Positions 45,061 to 57,179 of a DNA stretch of 57,733 nucleotides are shown one piece after another; the first letter of the stretch is position 1, and every line of letters begins with the position of its first letter. Below the pieces are notes generated by a model that saw only the letters and a program-made list of their open reading frames with translations, was not told the DNA's origin and made no database searches. The DNA is from Paraspadella gotoi (Eukaryota > Animalia > Chaetognatha), in NCBI GenBank assembly GCA_051294375.1, contig CM119265.1, forward strand, positions 1,239,666 to 1,297,398, given 5' to 3'. Made by a program: the position numbers and the translations under genes.

Positions 45061-47914
45061 CAATCAATCATCAATCACAATTAATATTTTTGTACTTTCT
45101 TTAGCCTTCTTCTCTCAAACTCGATCTCGCCGCCGACTCCCCAAAGCCTCTTCTTCCTCCTCCCTCCTCCCCTCCTCCTCCTCCTCCTCCTCCGGCCTCA
45201 TCACCAGAGAGCCAGCTTCAGCAACATCTGTGGCAACCTCCTCGATTGCGGCGACCGCTGCATAATCAAATGCTGCAGCTGCAGCAACAAACAACAGCGA
45301 GGCGAATCAGGGCGGGGACGGGCCGAAAAATTTTTCAGCGAATGATTTGCGATTCGTCGGTGGACGAATGTTTGATGCGTCGCTGCGGAAACAACATCAT
45401 TGCTGTCACCAACGACCTTCATTGGGGTTGCTGCAAGGGTGAGTGAAGAGGATTGCTGCAAGGGAGAGAGTCTGGGGGTGTCCGTAAGGGCGAGTAAAGA
45501 GTGTTGCTGCATGGGTGTGTGTCAGGGATTGCTGTAAGGTTGAGTGAAGAGTGTTGCTGCAAAGATGATTAAAGAGAGTTGCTTAAAGAGTCTGGGGTGT
45601 CGGGGGTTGCTGCAAAGGCGAGTGAAGAGAATTGCTGCAAAGAGGGGAATGGGGTTGCTGTAAGAGTGTCTATGGTTGCTGCGAGGGTTAGTGTTATTGT
45701 CCGGTTGAATGGGATGTGGGATACACCCGGTTTGCTGCAAAGATCAATGTTGATTAGGAGAAAAAAACATCTACGTTTTTACCTGAAGGGATTTTTCGGT
45801 TATTCAAAGTGATTTTTCTTTGAGGTCGCCTCTACGACAAACGACATCAACTCTGTTTGGCCAGAACCGGACTCAAAACTTGCAACAAGAAAGATCCAAA
45901 GGGAGAAGCATTCGCTTGCAGCAATTCTCATTGCATTCTCAAAAAGTGAGACTGAGGATAAGAAAATCAGACAAATTAATGAATATCAGTATGGTGGACT
46001 AAAATTCCACCAACCGTTCATGCAGCGCGCATTGGGTGCGCGGAGGCAAGTCATTCGCTCCCAAACCGCAAAGTCCGGAGGTTCTAGCCCGGTGGTCTCT
46101 GGCAGTTAAGAGGGACGGGGCCGTTAACCACGCATGTAACATGGTGTTAACAGCCTGATCGAAGCTTCAGGGACTGCTTATATTGAACGGTTTTCTGTCA
46201 CTAACACATAATATAATTACTGTCTGCTTCATTGGTGAAGCCCGACTTCCCGACACAACAGCAACAACAACACTCTCCAGGACGACATTGCCTCACCCTG
46301 CGAGATTGCACTTTCCGCCCAACACATCAATGGCGACAATGCCTCAACTTTGGTGACGAACTTTCCACCAACACAATTCACTGAAGAGACGCAACAGATT
46401 TTCTTTCTACGGGAGGGGGGATGTATGGTGGACTAAAATTCACCCACCGTTCATCAGCGGCTCATTGTGCGCGAGGCAAGTCATTCGCCCTCCCAACCCA
46501 AAGGTCCGGGTTCTAGCCGGTGGTGTTCTCGGCAGTTAGAGGACGGGGCGCTTAACCCGCCTGTAACATGGTGTTACAGCCTGATCCGAAGCTCAGGGAC
46601 TGCTTATATTGAATTGTTCTGTCACTAACACATAATAATAAATTCGTGTCTCTTCACAATCATAGAATCAATTTTATATATCATCTATGAATATCAGATC
46701 AATATATAATATTTATGAATATCAACTTGATATGCATTTAAATGATATCAGATCATTTAATGAATATCAGATCATTTAATAATCAATCTACTATACTATT
46801 AAATAATCAATCATTCAACCAATCTGTTAATCGCTAATTCAATCAGGTGGGTTTGCGATGGAACCAATAATTGCATGGATGGAAGCGACGAATCTGGTTG
46901 CGGTCTTTGCGAGAAAAATCAGTTCCGATGCAGGTCGATTTGAAATAATGTTGGAATAAATGGTTAAAAGATAAGAGATACATTTTATATCATTATCACT
47001 ATCCTTTACTATCATTATGCTACCATCGCTTTTAATTTAAAAAAAAAATTAATTACAGCTAATGCGCATATTACTTATAAAACGGAAGTAAACTTGTATA
47101 ACGGGTTTAACTTCGCTTTTATGCTCTCTGTAAACTGACCTTTTGTTTTAAAATATCCCCGTGAAGGTCAGCCTCTGCTTTGTGCTGCGCTCTAGCGTCA
47201 AAGCTCAAAACACATTCAAACGCATCTTTTGTTTAGTTTCCCTCCTCCCCAGTCCTTCTGTCTGTGTCGCTGTCTCCCCGTTAGGTGCTGCCCTCTATGG
47301 CAATTTTGTATAATCGGCGAATGAAGTTAAAACGTCTTTTGTTTCTTATTAAGAGTGAAGCTTGATACTTTGGTTCTGACATTTTTTCATAAATAAATAA
47401 ATATTTTAATAATTTCATTTTTTCTGACATTTTTCATAAATAGAAAGGTAATCGAATCGAGCTGAATACAGTTCACCCCGAAACCAAATACTCAAATAAT
47501 CAAAATTAACATTTACAATATTTGTTTTTGTTTTTTTTTTTGTTCCAGAAACGAAAAATGTATCGCGTTGAATTACGTCTGCAATGGAAGACACGATTGC
47601 GGGGACGGATCTGATGAAGAACACTGCGAGAAAGACAAAGGAGGCTGGTCAGTCAGGACAATAAATACAGTGGTGGTCAATTAAGAGACTGGTCGGTTAG
47701 GACAATGAGGTTTAGTCAATTTATAAGTTATGATTAGAGAGACTCGTCAGTTATGGGTTCTGATCAGTTAAGATTTTTAGGATATATTTAGAACAAATTA
47801 TTTTCATTTTTAATTAATTAATTAATTAATTAATTATTAAATTAGTAATTCTCTCTTCTTATTCCTTTTTCTCTTTTTCCTTTTCTTATTTTGTTCCATC
47901 TTCTTTCTCTGCTC

Positions 47915-47945
<31 letters not shown>

Positions 47946-49864
47946 ATCTATCGTATCTATGCTATCTATCTATCTATCTATCTATCGTATCTTTCTCAAC
48001 CTTTCCATTCTTTTCCGCTTTTTCCTCTCTCTCTCTCTCTCATCCTCTGCGCTCTCTCTCTCTCCCGCTTCCCCCCCACGCAGGTGGTGGCGCGCAAACG
48101 AATTCCGTTGTTTCGATCAACTCTCCTGCATCCCTCGATCTCTCGTATGCGACGGACGCAGCCACTGCGCTGATGCGTCTGACGAAGGCAGCTGCTACGA
48201 GGTCAAACTCCGCTCCGCATTATTTAATCAGAATCTTTTTTTTCAGTCGCGACTCGATAAGTCACTTTTTGGTCGGTCGGTCCGTTTATCCATCTCATCT
48301 GTATTTTGATCTATCTATATTTTAATTGCTTACAAGTCAGGTATTTAATCAATATTTATAATCATTCATTAATCGAAATCATAAAAGTAATGCATACTTT
48401 GATGTGAAAAAAAAGGATATGTTTTATACTTAAGCAGTCGCGTAATCACTAAAAAAAGCAATCATATATTTATAAAATTAACCTGATATAATTTATATAA
48501 TTCGAAATAATTTAGGAACATGATTTACAGAAAGGTGATGTTTCATTAAACGGTTATTGTGCCCGTAGTTAATATTTGTTTAATATCATAATCATTTTTT
48601 AGAATTTTAAACAAAGTTTTAAAATCATATAAAAAAAATGAGGTCAGGTGATTTTAGACTTGATGCTGATTTTTTGTGTAAGACTTTGTTATTGTAGCTA
48701 ATAATTTGCAGATAAACCACGTATATATATTTTAATTATTTTATTAATATGTAACTATCTAGAAATGCATATTATATATAAAAAATTCACTGTGGCCCGA
48801 CACCCTGAACTCGCGATTTCATGTTATGATTGTGATTCGATCTAAGTGAAACTCTATGTGAAGATTTTTGTCTTCATCGATTGAACTATACGTTGAAGAC
48901 GAATACTTTGAGTTCATTGTCCTTTTGGTTGTCATTGTGGTTGTCATTGTGGTTGTCGTTGTGGTTGTCGTTGTTTTTTTTCATTGTGGTTGTCATGTGT
49001 TTGTCGTTATGGTGTCATTGTGGTTTGTCATTGTGGTTGTCGTTGTGGTTGTCATTGTGGTTGTCATTGTGGTTTCGTTTGTGTTGTATTGTGGTTGTCG
49101 TTGTGGTTGCCGTTATTTTTTTTCATTGTGGTTGTCAATTGTGGTTGTCGTTTGTGGTTGTCATGTGGTTGTTCATTGTGGGTGTTGTTCATTGTGGTTG
49201 TCCGTTGTGTTGTCATTGTGGTTGGTCATTGTGGTTGTCTTGTGGTTGTCATTGTGTGATTGTCGTTGCTGGTTGTCGTTGTTGTTTCATGAGTTGTCGA
49301 TTGTGGTTGTCTTGTGGTTGTCATTGTGGTTTCGATTGTGGTTTGTCAGTGTTGTGGTTGTATTGTGGGTTGCGTTATTTTCATTGTTGGTTTGTGTGCG
49401 TTGTGGTTGTCATTGTGGTTGTCATTGTGGTTTTCGTTGTGTTGTCATTGTGGTTGTCGTTGTGGTTCTGTCAATTGTGTTGAGTCAAGTGTTGTCATGT
49501 GGTTGGTCATTGTGGTGTCGTTGTGGTTTGTTCATTTCGGTCGCTTGTAGTTTTCATTGTGGTTGTCATTGTGGTTTTCCGTTGTGGTTGTCAATTGTGG
49601 TTGTCGTTGTGGTTGTCATTGTTGTTTTCATTGTGGTTTCTTAGGGATTAAGTTGTTTTCAATTCGCAGGAGAAAATAAAGGGCATGTTTCATGAAATTG
49701 GTACAAACAATATAAAAATTAATCAATTATTTAATAAATAAGCTATTTTGCCCCTGACTTTGGACAGGCTTTGTTCTTGTTGTTGTTGTTTTAGTCGTTG
49801 TTGTTGTTGTTCTCCATCCATTGTAGACGGATTAACTGGATTGAATTTGCGGCAGCTGCTGTTT

Positions 49865-49895
<31 letters not shown>

Positions 49896-50447
49896 TGTCT
49901 TCATCATCATCGTCATCGTCTTGGTCGTAGTCGTCGTTGTCATCATCGTCTTTGTTGTCGTTGTTCTCGTCGTCGTAGTTTTCGTCATCGTCGTCGTTAT
50001 CATCATCATCGTCTTCGTCGTCGTCTTCGTCGTCGTCGTTTTCGTCTTTTTCGTCGTTTTCGTCTTTTATGTTAAACCAAAAAGAATTTAATCATTGATT
50101 TTGTTTCCGTTCGATTGTGAATTCGGTCTTGTTGTTGTTGTTGTTGTTGTTGTTGTGAATCCTGTGATTCTATTTTTTCAAGACTCGTTTAAATGGATGT
50201 GACAAAAGCAGCTGACGTCAGATAAGTCAGTCTTGCTTTTGTCGTCGTCGTCGTTTTTGTTGTTGTTGTTGTTCAAGATTTGAGACACTTAGTGGCGACC
50301 GGCCACTTGCCCAATGGCGTTAATGGAGTGTCTCGGCGTGGTCCATCGAGTGAAACGGTGGATTGGCGCCAGACTTGAAAAGGCAATCACAACCACAAGA
50401 ACCCTTATGCTCTCCGAAGTCGATGGGTAATGATCGATTCTCACTTG

Positions 50448-50499
<52 letters not shown>

Positions 50500-51398
50500 T
50501 GGAGGAGGATAAAAGACGAGAGAGAGAGGGTGAGAAGAAATACAGAGGGCAGAGATAAAAAGAGAGAGAGAACAGTGAGAGAAAGAGAAAGAATGAGAGA
50601 GAAAAGGGGCAAGAGAACAGACAAAAGCAAAATGAGTGAAAGTAAAAATGAAAGAAAAGAAACGAAAATATGGGAAGGAAGAAGCAGAATTAAAAGAAAA
50701 GAAGAGGAAATAGATCGTAAATGAAGAAAATCTCAACGTTCTCTCTCTCTCTCACTCTCTCCTCTCCTCTCTCTCCGTCTCCTCCCTGATGTTCCTTATC
50801 TCTCTCTCCCTACGTACACGTCTTCTCACTGTCGAGTCTCGCTGCGGGGAGATACTCGTCTCTGAATCTGACGTTTTTGCGGCTGTGAAGAAAAGTTAAG
50901 GAAAGAGAGAGAGAGGAGTATGAGTAGGGATAGAGAAGAGAGAGTAAAAATTTGTTTTCCTGAATTGGTGGATTCAAAATATTAGATTCCTGATTGGTGG
51001 AAGTGGTGGAATTGCGGATGTGGAGAATAATAGAGTTGTGGAAAGTGGAGGATTGTTTAATTGTGAGCAAATAAGAATATTGGGAAATTGTGGCAAATTT
51101 GACATTTGAGGAATTGTGAAAAGGATGAAGAATTTGTAATTGTTGAATTGCTGGAAATGTCGATATTTTGTGGAATTGTGGAAAGCAGAGAGGTGCTGGA
51201 AAGTGAAATTGATAAGTGGGAAATTGTGGAAAAGTGAAAATTGTGGAATGGAGAATTGTGGTTTAAAAAAAGTGGACAGTGGAGAATAGTAATTGTGGAA
51301 AAGGTGATAATTGTATTGTGCAATGTGAAAACGCGCAGTTTATTCACTGATCTTAATCGATTTCATTTTTCCCTGTTTTTCTTCTTACTCCTACACCC

Positions 51399-51473
<75 letters not shown>

Positions 51474-54052
51474 CCTTCCCCCCACCAGGTGTTGGCGCAC
51501 ACGAATTCCGTTGTTTCGAGTCAACTCTCCTGCATCCTCGATCTCTCGTATGCGACGGGACGCAGCCACTGCGCTGATTGCGTCTGACGAAAAAGGCAGC
51601 TGCTACGAGGGTCCAAACTCCGCTCTCGCATTATTTAATCGGAATCTTTTTTTTCAGTTCGCCGACTCGATAAGTCACTTTTGTCGGTCGGTCTGTTTAT
51701 CCATTTTCTTCATCTGTATTTTGGTCTATCTATATTTTAATTGCTTAACAAAGTTCAGGTAACCTAATAAAACTTTAATTCAATATTTATAATCATTTCA
51801 TTAAATCGAAAATCATAAAAAGAATGCATCCTTTGATGTTAAAAAAAGCGGATATGTTTTCATATACTTAAGCCAGTCGCGTAAATCACTAAAAAAAGCA
51901 ATCATACTATTATAAATTAACCTGATATAAATTTTTATAATTCGAACATAATTTTAGGAACATTGATTTACAGAAAGGTGATGTTTCATTAAAGCGGTTT
52001 ATAGTGACCCGTTGTAATATTGTTTAATATCATAATTCTTTTTAGAATTTTAACACAAAGTTTTTAAAATCATATAAAAATGAGGTCAGGGATTTTAGAG
52101 TTGATGTCTGATATTTTTGTAAGACTTTGTTATTGTAAGCTAATAATTTTGCGAGATAAAAACCACATATATATTTTCAATTTAATTTATTAATATTAAC
52201 TATCTAGAAATGCATAGTTATATAAAAAATTCACTGTGAGCCCAACCATCCTGAACTCGCGATTTATTGTTATGATTGTTGATTTCGATTCTAAGTGAAA
52301 ACTCTATGTTTGAAGATTTTTTTCTTCATCGATTGAATTAAACGTGTAAGACGAATTACTTTGAGTCATTCACCGCCTTATGTGGTCGTTGTTGTCTGTC
52401 CTTTTGGTTGTCATTGTGGTTGGTCGTTGTGGTTGTCGTTGTTGTTGTCATTGTGGTTTCATTGTGGTTGTCGATTGTGGTTGTCATTTGTGGTTGTCAT
52501 TGTGGTTGTCGTTATGGTTTGTCGTTGTTTTTTTCATTGTGTTGTCATTGTGGTTGTCGTTATGGTTTTGGTCAATTGTGGTTGTCATGTGTGGTTGTCG
52601 TTTGTGGTTGTCATTGTGGTTGTCATTGTGGTTCGTTGTGGTTGTCATTGGTGGCGTTGTCGTTTGTGGTTGCCGTTTATTTTTTCATTGTTGGTGGGTT
52701 GTTCATTGGTGGTGTCGTGTGGTTTGTCATTGTTGGTTGTTCATTGGGTTTCGTTGTGTTGTCATTGTGGTGTCGTTGTGGTTGTCAATTTGTGGTTTGT
52801 CATTGTTGGTTGTCATTGTGGTTGTCATTGTGGTTTCGTCAGTTTGTCGTTGTCATTGTGGTTGTCGTTGTGGTTGTCATTGTGGTTGTCATTGTGGTTT
52901 TCGTTGTGGTTGTCATTGTGGTTGTCGTTGTGGTTGCCGTTATTTTCATGTGGTTGTCATTGTGGTTGTCGTTGTGGTTGTCATTTGTGGTTGTCATTTG
53001 TGGTTTTCGTTGGTTTGTCATTGTGGTTGTCGTTGTGGTTTGTCAATGATGTGGTGTCATTGTGGTTGTCATTGTGGTTGTCATTGTGGTGTCGTTGTGG
53101 TTGTCATTGTTGGTGTCGTTGTGGTTGTCATTTGTTGGTTGTCATTGTGGTTTTCGTTGTGTTGTCATTGTGGTTGTCGTTGTGGTTGCTCTTGTGGTTG
53201 TCGTCGTGGTCGTCGTTGTTGTTTTCAGTGTGGTTTCTTAAGGATTAAGTTGTTTTCATATTCGCCAAGAGAAAATTAAAGGAAGCATGTTTCATGAAAT
53301 TGGTACAAAACCAATATAAAAAATTTACAATTATTTAATAAATAAAGCTATTTTGCCCCTGACTTTGGACAGGCTTTGTTGTTGTCTGTTGTTAGTTTGT
53401 TGTTGTTTTAGTCGTTGTTGTTGTTGTTCTCCATCCATTGTAGACGCGATTAACTGGATTGAATTTCAGGCAGCTGCTGTTTTCGTCGTCGTCGTCGTCG
53501 TTCGTCGTCTTCTCGTCTTTGTTGGTCGTTGTTTGTCGTCGTACCGTAGTTTTCGTTCATCGTCGTCGTATCATTTCATCATTGTCTTCGTCTTTTTATG
53601 TAAACCAAAAAGATTTAATCATTGATTTTGTTTCCGTTCGATTGTGGAATTCGGTCTTGGTTGTTTGTTGTTGTTGTTGTTTTGTGAATCCTGTGTTCTA
53701 TTTTTCAAGACTCGGTTTAAATGGATGTGCACAAAAGCAAGCTGACGTCAGATANNNNNNNNNNNNNNNNNNNNNNNNNTCTTTATTTTTCTCAGAGATA
53801 AAATTTGCTTTATTTTCCATAAAGTTCCAGTGACAATAAAAAGTGCCTCAAATTTTACTAATCAATCGACTGATCAATCGACTGACAAATTTAATCCGCT
53901 AACCTAATAAAAAAAATTAACTTAATTCCAAATTTAAGATGAAATGGGGCGTTTCGGGAAAATAAGGCCCTTATTTGAGATTTTTCTAAATTCTTAAATG
54001 TTCGCAAGAATTGATATAGATTTTATTTTCTTCCGAAGGCGCTCGGATTTTG

Positions 54053-54084
<32 letters not shown>

Positions 54085-57000
54085 CCTCAATCCCTGCTCC
54101 TCTACAGGTCCAGTGCGGCCTCCAAGCTCACTTCGTAGAACGGGGTCCATTCTGGGCCTGTTGTCACGGCGCGTTGCAAGACATGCGACGCCAGGAATGC
54201 TTCCGCGGCGGTCCCAGGGACTGCGGATTCTACGGCGCCGCATTTCGGTGCGATAACGGATTCTGCGGTGCTGCATCTATCAGGTTGTTGTTGTTTTTGT
54301 TCTTGCTACTGTTGTTCTTGCTACTGTTGTTGTATTTGTGGTTAGGGCGCAAAGTGGGCTGAAGAGTGCCCCCTCTAGCAGCCATGGAACGGGTCCTGGG
54401 CTTGGAAACGGGCTTGGGGGTTTTCCACGTTTCCCAAGCCGGTTTACGGTAGGAAGGTAACATTGGGGATCGATCTCGGTACAATTGGGGATCGATCTCG
54501 GTACAATTGGGGATCGATCTCGTTACAAATGGGGATCGATCTCGGTACAATTTGGGATCGATCTCGGTACAATTGGGGATCGATCTCGGTACAATTGGGG
54601 ATCGATCTTAGCACCTATTGGTCATGAGCTGAGGGTAATACTCAATGAGCCACCAGGTGACAAATGTTTTTGTAATTTTTGTTCTTCTTATCGTTGTGTT
54701 GTTGTTGTTGTCGTTATTTTTATAAATATCGTCGTCATGGTCAATGTTGTTTTTTGATGTTGCTATTTTTGTTCTGAGAGTTGTTGTTTCTAATGTTGTT
54801 TTTTTTGTTGTTTTGCGTTTCATTACCTTTTGTTTTCTTGAACTAAAAATACTTCGACCGTGTTGTTGTTGTTGTCGTCGTCTCCGCCTTCGAAGTTAAT
54901 GATGTTCAAAGTCAATGATGTTGTTGTTGTTGTTGTTGTTGTATTCGAAGTCACCGCCTNNNNNNNNNNNNNNNNNNNNNNNNNNNNNNNNNNNNNNNNN
55001 NNNNNNNNNNNNNNNNNNNNNNNNNNNNNNNNNNNNNNNNNNNNNNNNNNNNNNNNNNNNNNNNNNNNNNNNNNNNNNNNNNNNNNNNNNNNNNNNNNNN
55101 NNNNNNNNNNNNNNNNNNNNNNNNNNNNNNNNNNNNNNNNNNNNNNNNNNNNNNNNNNNNNNNNNNNNNNNNNNNNNNNNNNNNNNNNNNNNNNNNNNNN
55201 NNNNNNNNNNNNNNNNNNNNNNNNNNNNNNGAGAGAGAGAGAGAGAGAGAGAGAAAAGTTGATTTGCATAGAAATAAGAACAAAAAATATGTGACCCGAT
55301 GTTGCGGATTTTAAATCTTGACCTTCGAGGTTTTTTTGGTTTTGTCACCCTTAACCTTTTTTATNNNNNNNNNNNNNNNNNNNNNNNNNNNNNNNNNNNN
55401 NNNNNNNNNNNNNNNNNNNNNNNNNNNNNNNNNNNNNNNNNNNNNNNNNNNNNNNNNNNNNNNNNNNNNNNNNNNNNNNNNNNNNNNNNNNNNNNNNNNN
55501 NNNNNNNNNNNNNNNNNNNNNNNNNNNNNNNNNNNNNNNNNNNNNNNNNNNNNNNNNNNNNNNNNNNNNNNNNNNNNNNNNNNNNNNNNNNNNNNNNNNN
55601 NNNNNNNNNNNNNNCTCCTTTTTTACATCAATTTGTCCCAGTTTACCTCATGTTTCCTGGGAAGATGAGTGTGTGATTCTTTCTCACGCGATATCGAGTT
55701 CGAGTTTCGCCCGTTTTGGATGTTTTAACGTGAGATTTCCGACAAGTAAAGAAAACGACAAGAAATGAGTTTTATTCTTTATTCTTTATTCTTTATTATG
55801 TNNNNNNNNNNNNNNNNNNNNNNNNNNNNNNNNNNNNNNNNNNTTTTTCCATTTCCATTTTTCCATTTCCTTTTTTCCATTTCCTCACTTTTCCAATGTC
55901 ACTTTTTTTTCTCTTTCCCAATACCATTTCACATTTTCCCTTTTCCTCCTATTTTCCATTTTTCCATTTCTCTAATCATCTCCCTTTTCCATTTCACATT
56001 TTCCCTTTTTTCTCATTTTTAACTTTTTTCCCTTTTCCCTTTCCTTTTTTTCTTTTTCCTTTTCCTCTTTTTCATTTTCCATTTTCCCTTTTCCCTTTTC
56101 CGTTTCCTTTTTTTCTACTTCCCTTTCCTCTTTTTATTTTTCCATTTTCATTTTCCATTTTCCATTTTCCCTTTCCTTTTTTTCATTTTTCATTTTCCAT
56201 TTTCCCTTTTCCATTTCCTTTTTTTCTTCTTCCCTTTCCTCTTTTTCATTTCCCCTTTTCCATTTCCTCTTTTCTTCTTCCCTTTCCTTTTTTTCATTTC
56301 CCCTTTTCCATTTCCTTTTTCTTCTTCACTTTACTCTTTTTCATTCTCCCCTTTTCCATTTCCACCCTCCTCCACCAGATGCAACGACAAGAACGATTGC
56401 TTCGACGGCAGCGACGAAATCGGTTGTGAAGTCTGCGGCGGCGAAGAGGCGGGGAACTTCAAGTGCAGAAACGGTACAGATGGGGAGATACAGATGGGAA
56501 GATACAGATAGGGAGGAAAATTATGGGGATATACATATGGTAGGAAAAGAGGGGGGAGATACAGATGGGAAGGAGAGTTGGAGGGATATAGATGAGGTGG
56601 AAAGAGATGGGAGATACAGATGGGGAGGGAAGACATGACGAAATACAGATGGGAGGAAAGAGATGGGGAAATACCAAAAATGAGGAAAAAGATGAAAGAA
56701 ACTAAACTAAAAGGCAATGATTAGGATGTGGAGAAAAAGAAAAAAAAACAAGAAAATCAGAAGTAAAGACAGTAAGTAGCTTGACGATGAAAATCAAAAG
56801 AAAAAGACAGAAGCTAAAAGACAGAAGAGAGAAAAGACAGTGGCGACGCAAAAACGATTAGCGATTCAAGGAAATGAAGAAACGCGACAGAAAAAAAAGT
56901 GGGAGAAAAAAAAAGTCAGGAATGAAATGGGTAATAGGGAACCGTTAATGANNNNNNNNNNNNNNNNNNNNNNNNNNNNNNNNNNNNNNNNNNNNNNNNN

Positions 57001-57142
57001 NNNNNNNNNNNNNNNNNNNNNNNNNNNNNNNNNNNNNNNNNNNNNNNNNNNNNNNNNNNNNNNNNNNNNNNNNNNNNNNNNNNNNNNNNNNNNNNNNNNN
57101 NNNNNNNNNNNNNNNNNNNNNNNNNNNNNNNNNNNNNNNNNN

Positions 57143-57179
<37 letters not shown>

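Larger units (their letters stand above)
47860..53754. other. Direct duplication (about 47860-50223 versus 51350-53754) ending at a 25-N gap; probable assembly artefact
   Basis: The second copy differs mostly by single-base indels that frameshift the LDLa exon. Confidence 0.8.

Noticed and set aside
45106-45345. Alternative Cys-rich frame [20 protein letters not shown]
   Set aside because: It ends in a stop; the other frame is open to the donor and joins the downstream LDLa exons.
45989-46658. Hammerhead ribozyme (classical retrozyme) suggested by CTGAT...GAA
   Set aside because: The CUGANGA and GAAA cores are not both present (CUGAUCC, GAAG); the twister pairing scheme explains the conservation better.
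51489-51609. Mutually exclusive duplicate LDLa exon (and the duplicate Hillarin exon at 1605-1647)
   Set aside because: Whole intron blocks are duplicated with indel-type differences next to 25-N gaps, consistent with assembly or haplotype redundancy.
48868-53279. Metallothionein-like CGCH/CGCR-rich ORFs of 200-300 aa
   Set aside because: They are readings of a 12-bp intronic satellite that is open in several frames.
54461-54608. CRISPR-like array
   Set aside because: Head-to-tail repeats with no unique spacers, no cas genes, and a eukaryotic intronic context.
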